A DNA stretch of 64,000 nucleotides, from assembly GCA_964507855.1 (NCBI GenBank), contig CAZDQS010000001.1, positions 230,121 to 294,120 on the forward strand. Reading direction: 5' to 3'. The notes under the pieces were generated by a model. It was not told the origin of the DNA. It saw nothing but the letters and a program-made list of their open reading frames with translations, and made no database searches. Below, piece after piece: positions 7,808-17,469 of the stretch (position 1 is the stretch's first letter; the number at the start of each line of letters is the position of its first letter). The position numbers were made by a program, and so were the translations under genes. The stretch comes from an uncultured Candidatus Saccharibacteria bacterium. Its GTDB lineage: Bacteria; Patescibacteriota; Saccharimonadia; Saccharimonadales; CAZDQS01.

Positions 7808-9244
7808 ATGGAAGGTCTGATTCATCATAAGTTCCGGCGCACGACACTGATTTCGGTGGGGTTGGCGGCATTCTTGCTTGGACTTGTCGCTGCTCGGCAT
7901 GTGGTGGTGCCCGGCTTCTCTTGGCTGTTTTTGCTTCTGCCCTGTGTCGTGATAGTGCGCCGGAAGACGTTGGTTGCGTTGATGGCGGTTTGTCTCATTG
8001 GCCTATCACTCGGTGTGGCGCGCGGTAGCACGGTGATGGTGGCGGTGTCCGAATACCAGCAGTTCTATAATCAGGAAATTGCGGCGCAGGGTGTGGTGAT
8101 TGATGATCCGGTGTATGACGATAATGGGCAATTTGACTTTCGGGTGGGCCGCGTTAGGATTGATGACACAAAACTGCCGGGCCAGGTGCGGGTACGGGGG
8201 TTTGTCACTGATATCCGTCGTGGTGATGCGGTGCGGGTGGCGGGGAGGCTGCAAGACGGGTTTGGCAATTACCAGGCGGAAGTGCGGTTTGCTGATATAG
8301 CTGTTGTCAGCCGGTCGGGTAGTTGGCTGGAGAAAACCAGGCGGGAATTTTTTGCCTCTACCTATAATGTGTTGCCTGAGCCTCAAGCGAGTTTGGGTTT
8401 GGGGTTTCTGGTTGGCTTGCGTTCGGCGCTGCCGGAAGATTTTGATGAGCAGTTGAGGATTGCCGGACTGACGCATATAGTCGTTGCATCCGGCTACAAC
8501 TTGACTATTCTCGTGCGATTGTCCCGGCGGCTTTTGGTCAAGCACTCCAAGTATCAGGCCTTCATGGGTTCCGTGCTGCTCGTATTGGGGTTCTTGGTTA
8601 TTACGGGCGCTAGTCCGTCAATTACGCGTGCGGCTGTCGTGACGCTGCTCAGTCTCGGGGCATGGTACTACGGGCGACGGATTCATCCGATACTGCTGAT
8701 TTTACTCGGCGCGGCGCTGACAGCTGGGGTCAATCCGCTCTTTATCTGGCATGACCTTGGCTGGTGGTTATCGTTCTTGGCATTTACCGGTGTGTTGGTG
8801 CTCGCGCCGTTACTAACGAAACGTTTATGTGGAGATAAGCAGCCAAAGTTGCTTGCGCAAGTGGCTATTGAAACAATTGCCGCGCAAGTTATGGCGACGC
8901 CACTTATCATGTTTGTATTCGGTGAATTTTCCCTTGTGGCGCTGCTTGCCAACCTGGCGGTTGTGCCATTTATCCCGCTAGCGATGTTGTTTACTTTTGT
9001 TGGCGGCTCGGTCGGGTTCGTCTCGCCGGTACTTGGCAGTTGGTTGGCGTTGCCTGCGCAGTGGGTTCTTGGATATATCGTCTCAATTACCCGGCTGCTC
9101 GCCTCGCCCTCGTGGGCACAGCAGTCTGTTGCGCTAGGTGCCGGCGGTCTTGCTGTTTTGTATGGGGTGGTGGCTATGGTGGCTGTTGTTTTGTACCGCA
9201 AGACAAAGCTTCGATTTCACCACGTGCCGGCTGTCGTCGAATAG
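7808..9244 (+). CDS. comEC: ComEC/Rec2 DNA-uptake channel (DUF4131 + competence domain, no C-terminal metallo-beta-lactamase domain)
   Basis: ORF 7772..9244. ATG at 7808 lies 6 nt after TATTAT. Many TM helices; GLTHIVVASGYNLTIL and SPSITRAAVV blocks are typical of ComEC. Confidence 0.8.
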   Translation: MEGLIHHKFRRTTLISVGLAAFLLGLVAARHVVVPGFSWLFLLLPCVVIVRRKTLVALMAVCLIGLSLGVARGSTVMVAVSEYQQFYNQEIAAQGVVIDDPVYDDNGQFDFRVGRVRIDDTKLPGQVRVRGFVTDIRRGDAVRVAGRLQDGFGNYQAEVRFADIAVVSRSGSWLEKTRREFFASTYNVLPEPQASLGLGFLVGLRSALPEDFDEQLRIAGLTHIVVASGYNLTILVRLSRRLLVKHSKYQAFMGSVLLVLGFLVITGASPSITRAAVVTLLSLGAWYYGRRIHPILLILLGAALTAGVNPLFIWHDLGWWLSFLAFTGVLVLAPLLTKRLCGDKQPKLLAQVAIETIAAQVMATPLIMFVFGEFSLVALLANLAVVPFIPLAMLFTFVGGSVGFVSPVLGSWLALPAQWVLGYIVSITRLLASPSWAQQSVALGAGGLAVLYGVVAMVAVVLYRKTKLRFHHVPAVVE

Positions 9245-9298
9245 GAAAAGCATGGTATAATAACAGATATAGAAACGTGTTTTTGAAGGATTTTTATT

Positions 9299-10024
9299 AT
9301 GGCAGGTCACAGCAAGTGGGCGCAGATCAAGCGCCAAAAGGGAGTTAATGACGCCAAGCGTGGTGCTCTATTCACGCGCCTTGGTAACCAGATAGCTATT
9401 GCAGCGCGTAGTGGTACTGATCCGGCCATGAATCCATCACTTGCTATGGCCGTCGAAAAGGCCAAGGCGGCCAACATGCCGCTGAGTAACATTGAGCGGG
9501 CAATCCAGCGTGTTAAGGATAAGTCGGCAGCGGATCTCCAGGAGGTCATGTACGAAGGATATGGTCCGGGGGGTGTGGCGATTTTGGTTGAGTGCGCGAC
9601 TGATAACTTAAACCGCACGTATCCGGAAGTACGCCTTGCTTTCAGCAAGCACGGCGGCAGCATAGGCGAAAAGGGCTCGGTTGCCTTTCAGTTTGAGCGC
9701 AAGGGTATGATCCGGGTGAAGGGCAGCGGTGATGAGCTGGTGCTGACAGCACTCGATGCCGGCGCGGAGGATGTGCAGGAGGAAAGTGAAGAATCAGTTG
9801 TCTACACCGACCAGAAGGAACTGGCTCGCGTCCGTGACGGGTTAAAAGAAGCGGGCGTTGAAGTGGTCGAGGCGGAGCTTACCTATGTCCCGAACAACAC
9901 GATAGAGGTCACCGATAAAGAAACAGCCGGCAAAATCATGCGCCTTATGGATGCGCTTGATGATCTGGATGATGTCACTGCGACACACACAAACTTTGAC
10001 ATAAGCGACGACATTACGCTGTAA
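9299..10024 (+). CDS. yebC: YebC/PmpR family DNA-binding regulator
   Basis: MAGHSKWAQIKRQKG.. N-terminus and full-length YebC-like sequence. TGgTATAAT at 9251-9259. Confidence 0.95.
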   Translation: MAGHSKWAQIKRQKGVNDAKRGALFTRLGNQIAIAARSGTDPAMNPSLAMAVEKAKAANMPLSNIERAIQRVKDKSAADLQEVMYEGYGPGGVAILVECATDNLNRTYPEVRLAFSKHGGSIGEKGSVAFQFERKGMIRVKGSGDELVLTALDAGAEDVQEESEESVVYTDQKELARVRDGLKEAGVEVVEAELTYVPNNTIEVTDKETAGKIMRLMDALDDLDDVTATHTNFDISDDITL

Positions 10025-10043
10025 GTATTCTATAACCAGCATT

Positions 10044-10072
10044 TTGACGTGAATAAAACCTAAGCGTATTAT
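10044..10072 (+). promoter_or_regulatory. Candidate promoter TTGACG-17-TATTAT placed 7 nt before the ATG at 10080 (leaderless)
   Basis: TTGACG 10044-10049, 17-nt spacer, TATTAT 10067-10072, ATG at 10080. Confidence 0.5.
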
Positions 10073-10079
10073 TCACATT

Positions 10080-11636
10080 ATGAACAGGTTGTTCTGTTTG
10101 GTGCTGCTATTTGGAGGGACATTGTTGTTGCCTCTTGTGCCGCAGACAGCCTACGCCGCAGATGAACCGCGGCTATTTATTAGCACAGTCAAGACAAGCG
10201 GTGGGAATACGAGCGAGAAAACAGTTGAGTATATTGAGCTGTATAACGCGGGGCTTGCGGACGTTTCTCTGGATGGGTGGTTCGTTGAGTATGCCAAGCC
10301 GTCAAGTGGGCGAGGGCCAGAAAGCTGTGGTACTGATCCGTGGGATAGTCCGGATCTTACGGTAACAGAAGTCACGTTAAGCGGGACGGTTTTTTGGCAC
10401 GATGCTTTGCGGGTACCGCTCAGAATGAATGACAATGTAGCCGGTAGTCTCCGCCTGGTGCGGCGGGTTACGGACGATTCGGTAGTCGTGCATGATGTTG
10501 TGGGGTGGGGGAGCGAAACGTCGGTTGCTTACTGCTTTGAAGGGACTGCTGCTGTAATTCCAAAAGGCGATACAGCGCTCATGCGCTGCACGGTGGATGG
10601 CATCCCAGACGATGTAAATGATAACTCGAGAGATTTTCAGCTTATTGCAGTGGGCGATGGCCCAGAGCCGTGCGAGCCGCCGCTTGTTGATGAATCGGAT
10701 GAAGACGAAACGCTCGATCCTATTGTGTACTATCCAGTTGAGATTACAGAGCTACTACCCGATCCTGGCGCAGGGTTGCTCGATAGCGAGGATGAGTTCA
10801 TTGAGCTGTATAATCCGAATGAATTTGCCGTCAACATAGAAGGTTACAGACTCTTTACAGGGAGTGCCAGCAAGTCGTATGAGTACGCGCTGCCGGATCT
10901 AACGCTGGCGCCGAAAGCCTATGTAGCCCTCTACGCACGCGATACGAAATTATCGCTTGTGAATACAACCGGCTATGCGTGGATTGAAGCGCCTGACGGG
11001 ACGCTGCTGTCCGAAACGCATTGGTATGAGAATATAAAATCCGATATCGCGTGGGCGCTGATTGATAACGCATGGGTGGCAACCAATCAGCCGACACCCG
11101 GTGCTGCAAACAAAGCATCTCTTATCGATGAAGCGGCGGCAAAAGCGGCCAACACCGAGTTGCCACCATGTGGCGAGGGACGATATCGTCATCCTGAAAC
11201 CAACCGCTGCCGGAATATCGAAACAGCTACCAGTGAACTGGTGCCATGCCGCGAAGGTCAAGTCCGCAATCCCGACACCAACCGGTGCCGCGCTATCACG
11301 ACAGCAAGTTCTGATCTAACACCGTGCCGCCCTGGCCAAGAGCGTAATCCTGAAACCAACCGCTGCCGAAACGTGGCGGCTGCCACGACCGAGCTGAAAC
11401 CCTGCCAGGAGGGGTATGAGCGCAACCCCGAAACCAATCGTTGCCGCAAGATAGCCGTGAACACAGCTGCGGCTTTGGCGGGTGAAACCACCCAAGCAAG
11501 ACCCGACTATACACTTATCGGTATCGGCTTGGCGGCTGCCTTTGGCTACGCTGCATATGAGTACCGGCAAGACTTTGGCAATGCACTTCATAAGATTCGC
11601 ACCCAACGCACTATCAACAAAAGTGCAGGCAAGTAG
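10080..11636 (+). CDS. Surface protein with two lamin-tail (LTD) domains, four Cys-rich 26-aa repeats and a C-terminal TM anchor
   Basis: Signal peptide MNRLFCLVLLFGGTLLLPLVPQTAYA. LTD-like EYIELYNAG..DVSLDGW and EFIELYNPN..NIEGY. 4x PCxxGxxRNPETNRCR. TM helix LIGIGLAAAFGYAAY. Confidence 0.7.
   Translation: MNRLFCLVLLFGGTLLLPLVPQTAYAADEPRLFISTVKTSGGNTSEKTVEYIELYNAGLADVSLDGWFVEYAKPSSGRGPESCGTDPWDSPDLTVTEVTLSGTVFWHDALRVPLRMNDNVAGSLRLVRRVTDDSVVVHDVVGWGSETSVAYCFEGTAAVIPKGDTALMRCTVDGIPDDVNDNSRDFQLIAVGDGPEPCEPPLVDESDEDETLDPIVYYPVEITELLPDPGAGLLDSEDEFIELYNPNEFAVNIEGYRLFTGSASKSYEYALPDLTLAPKAYVALYARDTKLSLVNTTGYAWIEAPDGTLLSETHWYENIKSDIAWALIDNAWVATNQPTPGAANKASLIDEAAAKAANTELPPCGEGRYRHPETNRCRNIETATSELVPCREGQVRNPDTNRCRAITTASSDLTPCRPGQERNPETNRCRNVAAATTELKPCQEGYERNPETNRCRKIAVNTAAALAGETTQARPDYTLIGIGLAAAFGYAAYEYRQDFGNALHKIRTQRTINKSAGK
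11163..11470 (+). repeat. Four tandem 78-bp coding repeats (PC..G...RNPETNRCR units)
   Basis: Units start near 11163, 11241, 11319 and 11397. Each carries a conserved cc(t/c)gaaaccaaccgctgccg core. Confidence 0.8.
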
Positions 11637-11668
11637 CATACGGCGTGCGAATAGGCGATAATAAGGCG

Positions 11669-12139
11669 ATGAGAATTCTTGGCATTGATCCGGGCACTGG
11701 CATATTGGGGTTTGGGGTTATTGACGCTCAAGGACCAAAAGCACAATTGGTAGACGCCGGTGTCATCCGTACACCGGTAAAGGAAGATGACGCGGTGCGG
11801 CTGGTGACCATTTATGATGAACTGACGGAAATTATCAAACAGACCAAACCGACAGAAATGGCCGTCGAAAAACTGTTCTTCGCCCAGAACGTCACAACTG
11901 CGATGACCGTGGCGCAGGCCCGAGGGGTGGTGTTGCTCTGCGGCATGCAGGCTGGACTCAAGATAGCTGAATACACACCACTGCAAATCAAGCAGGCGCT
12001 GACTGGCTACGGCCGGGCAGAGAAGCGGCAAATCCAAGAAATGGTCCGCGTCATTCTGCAGCTCAAGGATGTACCGAAACCTGATGACTGCGCCGACGCG
12101 CTGGCCGCTGCCATCTGCCACTCCATGACTGTGCGATAA
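11669..12139 (+). CDS. ruvC: Holliday junction resolvase RuvC
   Basis: MRILGIDPGTGILGFGVI.., EKLFFAQNV.. ATG at 11669 lies 6 nt after GATAAT; the ORF track starts at 11645. Confidence 0.9.
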   Translation: MRILGIDPGTGILGFGVIDAQGPKAQLVDAGVIRTPVKEDDAVRLVTIYDELTEIIKQTKPTEMAVEKLFFAQNVTTAMTVAQARGVVLLCGMQAGLKIAEYTPLQIKQALTGYGRAEKRQIQEMVRVILQLKDVPKPDDCADALAAAICHSMTVR

Positions 12140-12191
12140 CTACAACAGGCGCTCATGGCGTCCGCAAGAGGAGTACGGTACAATATTGCTA

Positions 12192-12779
12192 ATGATTGCA
12201 ACACTTACTGGCGTCGTAAGCGAAAAATTGGGGGAATTAGTTATCCTCGATGTCCGAGGCGTGGGCTACGGTCTGCTGGTGACTGCCGAGGATTATGGCC
12301 GGCTGAATGTTGGCGAGAGTGCTAAAGTCTATGTGTATGAACATCTTCGAGAGAATATGCATGACTTGTTTGGCTTTGTGAATCTTGATACGAAAGCGCT
12401 GTTTGAGCAACTGCTGAGCGTGAATGGCGTGGGGCCAAAAATGGCGCTGAGCATCCTGAGCGTTGGCAACACCGGCGAAGTACGAACGGCAATTGCTGGT
12501 GGTGACACCAAATACATCCAACGGGCATCAGGCGTTGGTAAACGGGTAGCCGAGAGAGTGGTAGTTGATCTCAAGGACAAAGTAGGCCTTGCTGGTGTTG
12601 ACCTCAGCCTGTCAAGCATGCTGCAGTCCGACGCGGTGCTTCGACAAGATGAAGCGGTCGAGGCACTTGTCGCACTTGGGTATTCTCCCCAGGATGCAGC
12701 GCACGCCTTAAGCAGTGTTGATGACAGTCTGCCGACTGAAGAGCGTATTAAGCGGGCGCTCAAAGGAGTGGTGAAATAA
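12192..12779 (+). CDS. ruvA: Holliday junction branch migration protein RuvA
   Basis: [17 protein letters not shown].., [16 protein letters not shown] (HhH). ATG at 12192 lies 7 nt after TACAAT. Confidence 0.9.
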   Translation: MIATLTGVVSEKLGELVILDVRGVGYGLLVTAEDYGRLNVGESAKVYVYEHLRENMHDLFGFVNLDTKALFEQLLSVNGVGPKMALSILSVGNTGEVRTAIAGGDTKYIQRASGVGKRVAERVVVDLKDKVGLAGVDLSLSSMLQSDAVLRQDEAVEALVALGYSPQDAAHALSSVDDSLPTEERIKRALKGVVK

Positions 12780-13813
12780 TGGCGATTGAGCGCATTGTAA
12801 ATACCGGTGCAGACGAGGGCGACGTCCAGGAGCAGGAGTTGGAAGTAACACTTCGGCCGCGTGATTTTGCCAATTATATAGGCCAGGAGCGGCTCAAGAA
12901 AAACTTGCAACTGGCCATAGCCGCTGCCAAAAAACGCAGCGAGCCGCTGGACCACGTCTTGCTTTATGGACCACCGGGGCTGGGCAAGACGACCATGGCA
13001 AGTGTTATTGCGAATGAAATGGGTACGAGCATCCGGATTACCAGTGGACCGGCAATCGAACGGGCCGGCGATCTGGCCAGCTTGCTGACCAACCTCCAGG
13101 ACGGTGACGTATTATTTGTGGATGAAATCCATCGCCTAAGCCGCACCGTAGAAGAGGTGCTGTATAGCGCGATGGAGGATTTCAAGCTGGACATTATGCT
13201 TGGCAAGGGGCCATCCGCCCGGAGCCTGCGGCTTGATTTACCAAAGTTTACGATAATTGGCGCGACAACCCGAACCGGTGCGTTGGCAGCGCCATTGCGA
13301 GACCGGTTCGGTATGATACACCGGCTGGAATTCTACTCGCCTGAGGAGGTGCAGCATATTATCAAGCGGGCAGCTTCAATCCTTAATATCAAAATCGACG
13401 ATGAGGCTGCGGCTGAGCTGGCTCGTCGGGCGCGCCTGACGCCCCGAATCGCCAACCGGTTACTGAAGCGCGTTCGGGACTACGCTGATATTAACGGCGA
13501 CGGCATCATCGATACGCAAATCAGTACGCAAGCTATGGCCCTCCTGGAAATTGATGACCTAGGGCTTGATCCGGGTGACCGTATGTTGCTTGAGGCGATT
13601 ATCGAGCACTACGAAGGCGGCCCGGTAGGGGTGGAGACGCTGGCTGCCATTACAGCCGAGGAACGCAGCACCATTGAAGATTTTTATGAACCGTATCTCA
13701 TGCAAATAGGCTTACTGGAGCGTACATCGCGCGGTCGCAAAGTTACCCACAAGGCCTACGAGCATCTCGGAAAACCCCGCAAAAAATCCTCCTCCCAAAC
13801 CCAGATTATCTAA
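12779..13813 (+). CDS. ruvB: Holliday junction helicase RuvB
   Basis: [39 protein letters not shown]; start overlaps the ruvA stop. Confidence 0.97.
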   Translation: MAIERIVNTGADEGDVQEQELEVTLRPRDFANYIGQERLKKNLQLAIAAAKKRSEPLDHVLLYGPPGLGKTTMASVIANEMGTSIRITSGPAIERAGDLASLLTNLQDGDVLFVDEIHRLSRTVEEVLYSAMEDFKLDIMLGKGPSARSLRLDLPKFTIIGATTRTGALAAPLRDRFGMIHRLEFYSPEEVQHIIKRAASILNIKIDDEAAAELARRARLTPRIANRLLKRVRDYADINGDGIIDTQISTQAMALLEIDDLGLDPGDRMLLEAIIEHYEGGPVGVETLAAITAEERSTIEDFYEPYLMQIGLLERTSRGRKVTHKAYEHLGKPRKKSSSQTQII

Positions 13814-13998
13814 AAGTCAGTAGTCCCGAGCTAGAGCTCTCCGCTTGAGCGTAGTATCGTCGTTCTTGCCGCAGCCCGCAACGAGCCGTACAAAAGTACG
13901 GTGAGTGAGGACTACAGGCAAAACGGCGATAATGCGCCAAGAGGGCTTTGGAAAGTTTTGGGCTTTGCCCAAAAGTTGGCAAAGCCTGGCGGAGTGCT

Positions 13999-15405
13999 CT
14001 AGTCGAAGACGCGCATATAGCCACGCTTCACCCAGGTCGTCACGAGATTATCACTCCCTGGCACCGAAGCGGTAAAGTTGATGACCGCATTGTTGCCAAG
14101 GTCAATCGTCTGCCCGGTGACGGCGCCAATCGCCCCATTGTTGGCGACGCGCACCCTTGACCAGTGTGACCAGAGGATAGTATGTGAGGCGCTGCCGTTA
14201 TTATCGAGGCTGATGGTTAGTACATTTTGGCTGTTAGCCAGATCAGGGCCGGTGACGGTCGTGCACTCCGGCGAACATGCGGCAGCACTCCAGAAGGTGA
14301 CAACCTGCACCCCGGTATTGCTGGAGTTGGGAACAATTTGTGCATTGTTACCAAACCTAAAGCCGCCCGTACCGGATGTATTGCCGCCATCAACCATAAT
14401 TGTCGGACGCGTTGTTCCGAGCGTGTTCGAAACAATAAACCTCGAGTTATTACCCATATTCACGTTGCCGGTAATCCATACGTCACCGGTAATGGTTATC
14501 CGACAGTTATTGCCCATATTCACGTTGCCAACAATCTTTACGTTTGCTGGCCAGGTTTTATTGCCGTTATTGCCGCAGGAAACGGAGCTATGGTTAGAAG
14601 CGACCGTGGTTGCGACGGCGTTTTTGTGCGCGGTACGGTCATAAGCGGGGAGCGTTATGGGTGCGACTGTTTCGCCAGCAACAAGACCAGGATTGTACAT
14701 CCTTGTGCCATTGGTTTGATTAGTGGCTCGAACGTCAGCATAAATTTTGGCATTATTTCCCATGCTGATTGGCTGACCATTGCCCGGCCCGCAGGCTTGG
14801 GGGTAAGAGGCATCCGGCGGTTGCGGACAGCTCTGATGCGCAACCCGGACGTTGACCGGGTTAGTCGTCAGGCCAATCTGGGAATTATTTCCCATGGTTA
14901 TCTTACCGTTTACGACGACATCACCGCCTGAAATCTTGGCATTGTTAGACAGGATTAAGCCGCCAACACCAGTAACGACGGACGAAGCGCCGGTGCCAGA
15001 CGTTACGGCCTGGATGTCGACCTCGTACTTACGGGTGAGTTTAGGGGTAGGTGCATCGACCGGCGAGTACGTACGAGCCGTGACGGCAAGGATTTTATGA
15101 TCGTCTGAATTACCAGAAAGTACTTCCGTTTCGTATGTTGTCTTTATATTGCTGGCATTCATGAGCTCAATTTCGCCCCCGGTACCCGTCCAATCAGGGT
15201 CTATGTTGAGCTCGGTAAGGCCGGCATCGAGGCCAGCATCGGCAGCCAGTTGGGCATTTACCCGGTATGTTTCTCTTGTCGCAAGGTTGTAGGTGGTTAG
15301 CGACAGTGAGCCAACAAGCGCAATAAGCGTCACAATGAATATAACAGTAAAAAGTAGTACGGGGAGAATGTAGCCTTGTTGGTTAGCTGCGTGTGAACGT
15401 CTCAT
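13999..15405 (-). CDS. PilX-N-like pilus-associated protein with beta-helical GNN repeats (putative tip/adhesin subunit)
   Basis: N-terminus MRRSHAANQQGYILPVLLFTVIFIVTLIAL..TYRVNAQLAADAGLDAG resembles PilX N-terminal domains. Repeated xMGNNxxI motifs. Last gene of the pilin block. Confidence 0.6.
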   Translation of the reverse strand: MRRSHAANQQGYILPVLLFTVIFIVTLIALVGSLSLTTYNLATRETYRVNAQLAADAGLDAGLTELNIDPDWTGTGGEIELMNASNIKTTYETEVLSGNSDDHKILAVTARTYSPVDAPTPKLTRKYEVDIQAVTSGTGASSVVTGVGGLILSNNAKISGGDVVVNGKITMGNNSQIGLTTNPVNVRVAHQSCPQPPDASYPQACGPGNGQPISMGNNAKIYADVRATNQTNGTRMYNPGLVAGETVAPITLPAYDRTAHKNAVATTVASNHSSVSCGNNGNKTWPANVKIVGNVNMGNNCRITITGDVWITGNVNMGNNSRFIVSNTLGTTRPTIMVDGGNTSGTGGFRFGNNAQIVPNSSNTGVQVVTFWSAAACSPECTTVTGPDLANSQNVLTISLDNNGSASHTILWSHWSRVRVANNGAIGAVTGQTIDLGNNAVINFTASVPGSDNLVTTWVKRGYMRVFD

Positions 15406-15407
15406 CT

Positions 15408-16094
15408 TTAGTAATTCCTCAGCGTCGTTTGGATAGAATTATTAAACGTAATGGTGCTGCCGAATGTCCGCCGAGACATGCTCACGGTGACTAATGCAGA
15501 CCGGGCCTGGGTCGGGTCGGCGGTTTCGTCGTTATTCTCATCATAGAAGGTAAAGGTAAGGTCATCTATGTCGGCGGTGTAGTTGCGGTCCGTCGGACAC
15601 GAGCCACTTGCCGAGGCAGCGGGACAGGTTGTAATGGCGTCATTGTCGGGGGCGTTTTCATTCTTGAGAATACGCTTGTGGAGTGTCCTGTCCTCGATGA
15701 AGTAGATAAGATGGTTGCGGTAAGGGTAGCCTGTTAGCGGGTCATAGATGATCCTATCGCTGCTATCAGTTGCGGGTGAATCGATGATGAGCACATTGTT
15801 GTCATCGCTTGTTGCCCAGCCGCCAGCTGGAGCATTGGCATCCTCAAGGGCGCTAACTTGGCTTAATCCGTCGGCCAGCCGCATATCTTCGACGATGGTG
15901 CGAAGCACAAAATGCGACTCGACTGCCAGTTCGGCCGTAACGCGGCTTCGCACGGTTTCACCGAAGTAAAAGAGCGATATCGTGACCAATACGCCAGACA
16001 ATACTGTCGCGATGCCAATAGATACCATGAGTTCGACCATAGTGAACCCGGCTTGGGCGCGGTTACGGAGGGGTGAGACACTACGGTCGGTCAT
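15408..16094 (-). CDS. Minor pilin (prepilin-type N-terminal cleavage/methylation domain)
   Basis: Leader ..NRAQAG|FTMVELMVSIGIATVLSG. Confidence 0.8.
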   Translation of the reverse strand: MTDRSVSPLRNRAQAGFTMVELMVSIGIATVLSGVLVTISLFYFGETVRSRVTAELAVESHFVLRTIVEDMRLADGLSQVSALEDANAPAGGWATSDDNNVLIIDSPATDSSDRIIYDPLTGYPYRNHLIYFIEDRTLHKRILKNENAPDNDAITTCPAASASGSCPTDRNYTADIDDLTFTFYDENNDETADPTQARSALVTVSMSRRTFGSTITFNNSIQTTLRNY

Positions 16095-16489
16095 TGGCCT
16101 ACTCCTAGTTCGCTGATGATGGTTTTGTAGGTTTGCGTGCGAGGCTCTCCATAATCTTGGTACGTGATGGTGATGACCGCCTCGAGGATGCCCGCCGAAG
16201 GATTAGAGATTGTATAGGTGGCACTTTTCGGCGCGGCAAGTTCAGGTGGAAGTTCGGCCGTAAAATCAACTGTGCCGACGCTAAGGCTATTGAATCCTGC
16301 ACTTCGTATCTGTTCGGCCTTACTCTCGGCAATAAGATTTGTCAGGGCCAGGTCGCGCGAGCGATTATTGATGCTCATAAGGTTCTGGACACCTGCCGTA
16401 AGAGCAGTAATAACAACCGCAAAGACACCGATTGCAATCAGAAGTTCTAACAGGGTAAAACCGTGCTCATCCCTTCGAGCGTGTAGCAT
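16091..16489 (-). CDS. Minor pilin (prepilin-type N-terminal domain)
   Basis: MLHARRDEHG|FTLLELLIAIGVFAVV. ATGs at 16495 and 16507 are alternative starts. The track ORF to 16672 is an over-extension into the divergent gene. Confidence 0.75.
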   Translation of the reverse strand: MLHARRDEHGFTLLELLIAIGVFAVVITALTAGVQNLMSINNRSRDLALTNLIAESKAEQIRSAGFNSLSVGTVDFTAELPPELAAPKSATYTISNPSAGILEAVITITYQDYGEPRTQTYKTIISELGVGQ

Positions 16490-16535
16490 AAGCATATTGT
16501 ACAGCATTGCGGGCGAGAAGGGGCGCCCCAAGAGC

Positions 16536-16544
16536 TGGTATAAT
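16536..16544 (+). promoter_or_regulatory. Extended -10 (TGgTATAAT) 6 nt before the ATG at 16551
   Basis: tggtataat at 16536-16544, then ggcgat, then ATG. Confidence 0.45.
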
Positions 16545-16550
16545 GGCGAT

Positions 16551-17141
16551 ATGCAGCAAAAACCACCATCCAATCTCTCGGGTATTGGCCGACGTTTCTT
16601 TGAACTTATTGAGTTTGATGAAGATGAGCAGCTTATTACTGAGATCCGAAAACACCCGTTTGGCCTTGCCATAACCTATATAACCGGAGGCTTGGTCATC
16701 GCTGCGATACTCCTCATTGCCGCAGTGCTTGTCTCGTCATCGTCAGTCAATAGCGTGACAGGCATGGTGGGTGGCGGCAATCTCGATGCACTTGTCATTA
16801 TCGCGGCGACTGTGCTAGTGCTGCTGACCGCCGGTGTGACTATAATCGGCGCCATCCTTTATGAAAGTAATGTTGTTTTCGTGACGAATGAGAAAATTGC
16901 CCAAGTTCTCTACACGAGCATATTCAACCGCAAAATCTCGCAGCTCAATATTGGCAACGTGCAGGATGTTACGGTGGATCAGAACGGATTTTTTGCTCGG
17001 ATTTTTGACTACGGAACGCTCACAATTGAGACAGCCGGGGAGCAAGTAAACTACGTATTTACGTTTGCGCCCAAGCCCTACCTCTGTGCGCGGCACATTA
17101 TATCGGCGCACGAAGCATACGAAGAGAAGTACGGAAACTAG
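16551..17141 (+). CDS. Membrane-flanked bacterial PH domain (bPH_2/DUF304, YdbT-like) protein
   Basis: MQQKPPSNLSG..FDEDEQLITEIRKHPFGL + 2 TM helices + ..VTVDQNGFFARIFDYGTLTIETAG. Opposite strand, inside the pilus cluster. Confidence 0.65.
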   Translation: MQQKPPSNLSGIGRRFFELIEFDEDEQLITEIRKHPFGLAITYITGGLVIAAILLIAAVLVSSSSVNSVTGMVGGGNLDALVIIAATVLVLLTAGVTIIGAILYESNVVFVTNEKIAQVLYTSIFNRKISQLNIGNVQDVTVDQNGFFARIFDYGTLTIETAGEQVNYVFTFAPKPYLCARHIISAHEAYEEKYGN

Positions 17142-17169
17142 CTGCGTTTTACTCGGAAGGTAGAACTCT

Positions 17170-17469
17170 CTATTCCTGGAAGGGGTTCTCGCGGCCGTTG
17201 TCAAAGAGGGCTTCAAGTGTAATGTTGCGGTCCTCTAGCTCTTGTATCTGTCGGATAGCATCCTCGTCGATTTTGACGCGCTTGACCTCTTGGACTTTCT
17301 CGTCAATCTGCATTTGGCTCGGCTCTATGTTGGCAAGTACGTTAATGCGGTGGAGCATGAAGCCGAATACACCGGCGCTAACCACGATAAAAAGTATTAC
17401 CCTGTGTCGGTACGCGAGGCGGCGGAGCGGTGCAATTTTCTCGAGGTAAGTAACTAGTTGGTCTTTCAT
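17170..17469 (-). CDS. Small single-TM protein of the pilus operon
   Basis: 99 aa with one TM helix (VILFIVVSAGVFGFML). Start overlaps the upstream stop. Confidence 0.55.
   Translation of the reverse strand: MKDQLVTYLEKIAPLRRLAYRHRVILFIVVSAGVFGFMLHRINVLANIEPSQMQIDEKVQEVKRVKIDEDAIRQIQELEDRNITLEALFDNGRENPFQE

Noticed and set aside
8006-8545. Long antisense shadow ORFs inside well-supported genes (8006..8545, 12329..12955, 24148..24699, 28897..29463, 44535..45344, 51427..52314, 61072..61626 and others)
   Set aside because: They lie opposite genes with unmistakable conserved motifs (comEC, ruvA/B, recA, rny, copB, glyA, folC). Their low-complexity Arg/Ser/Pro-rich translations are typical of antisense frames in GC-rich coding DNA.
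13814-13998. Possible ncRNA between ruvB and the pilus-block terminal gene (hairpins CCGTAC AAAA GTACGG and GGCTTTGCC CAAAAGTT GGCAAAGCC)
   Set aside because: The region sits between convergent genes, so it is most simply a pair of terminators. There is no promoter-like box and no similarity to the repeated module families.
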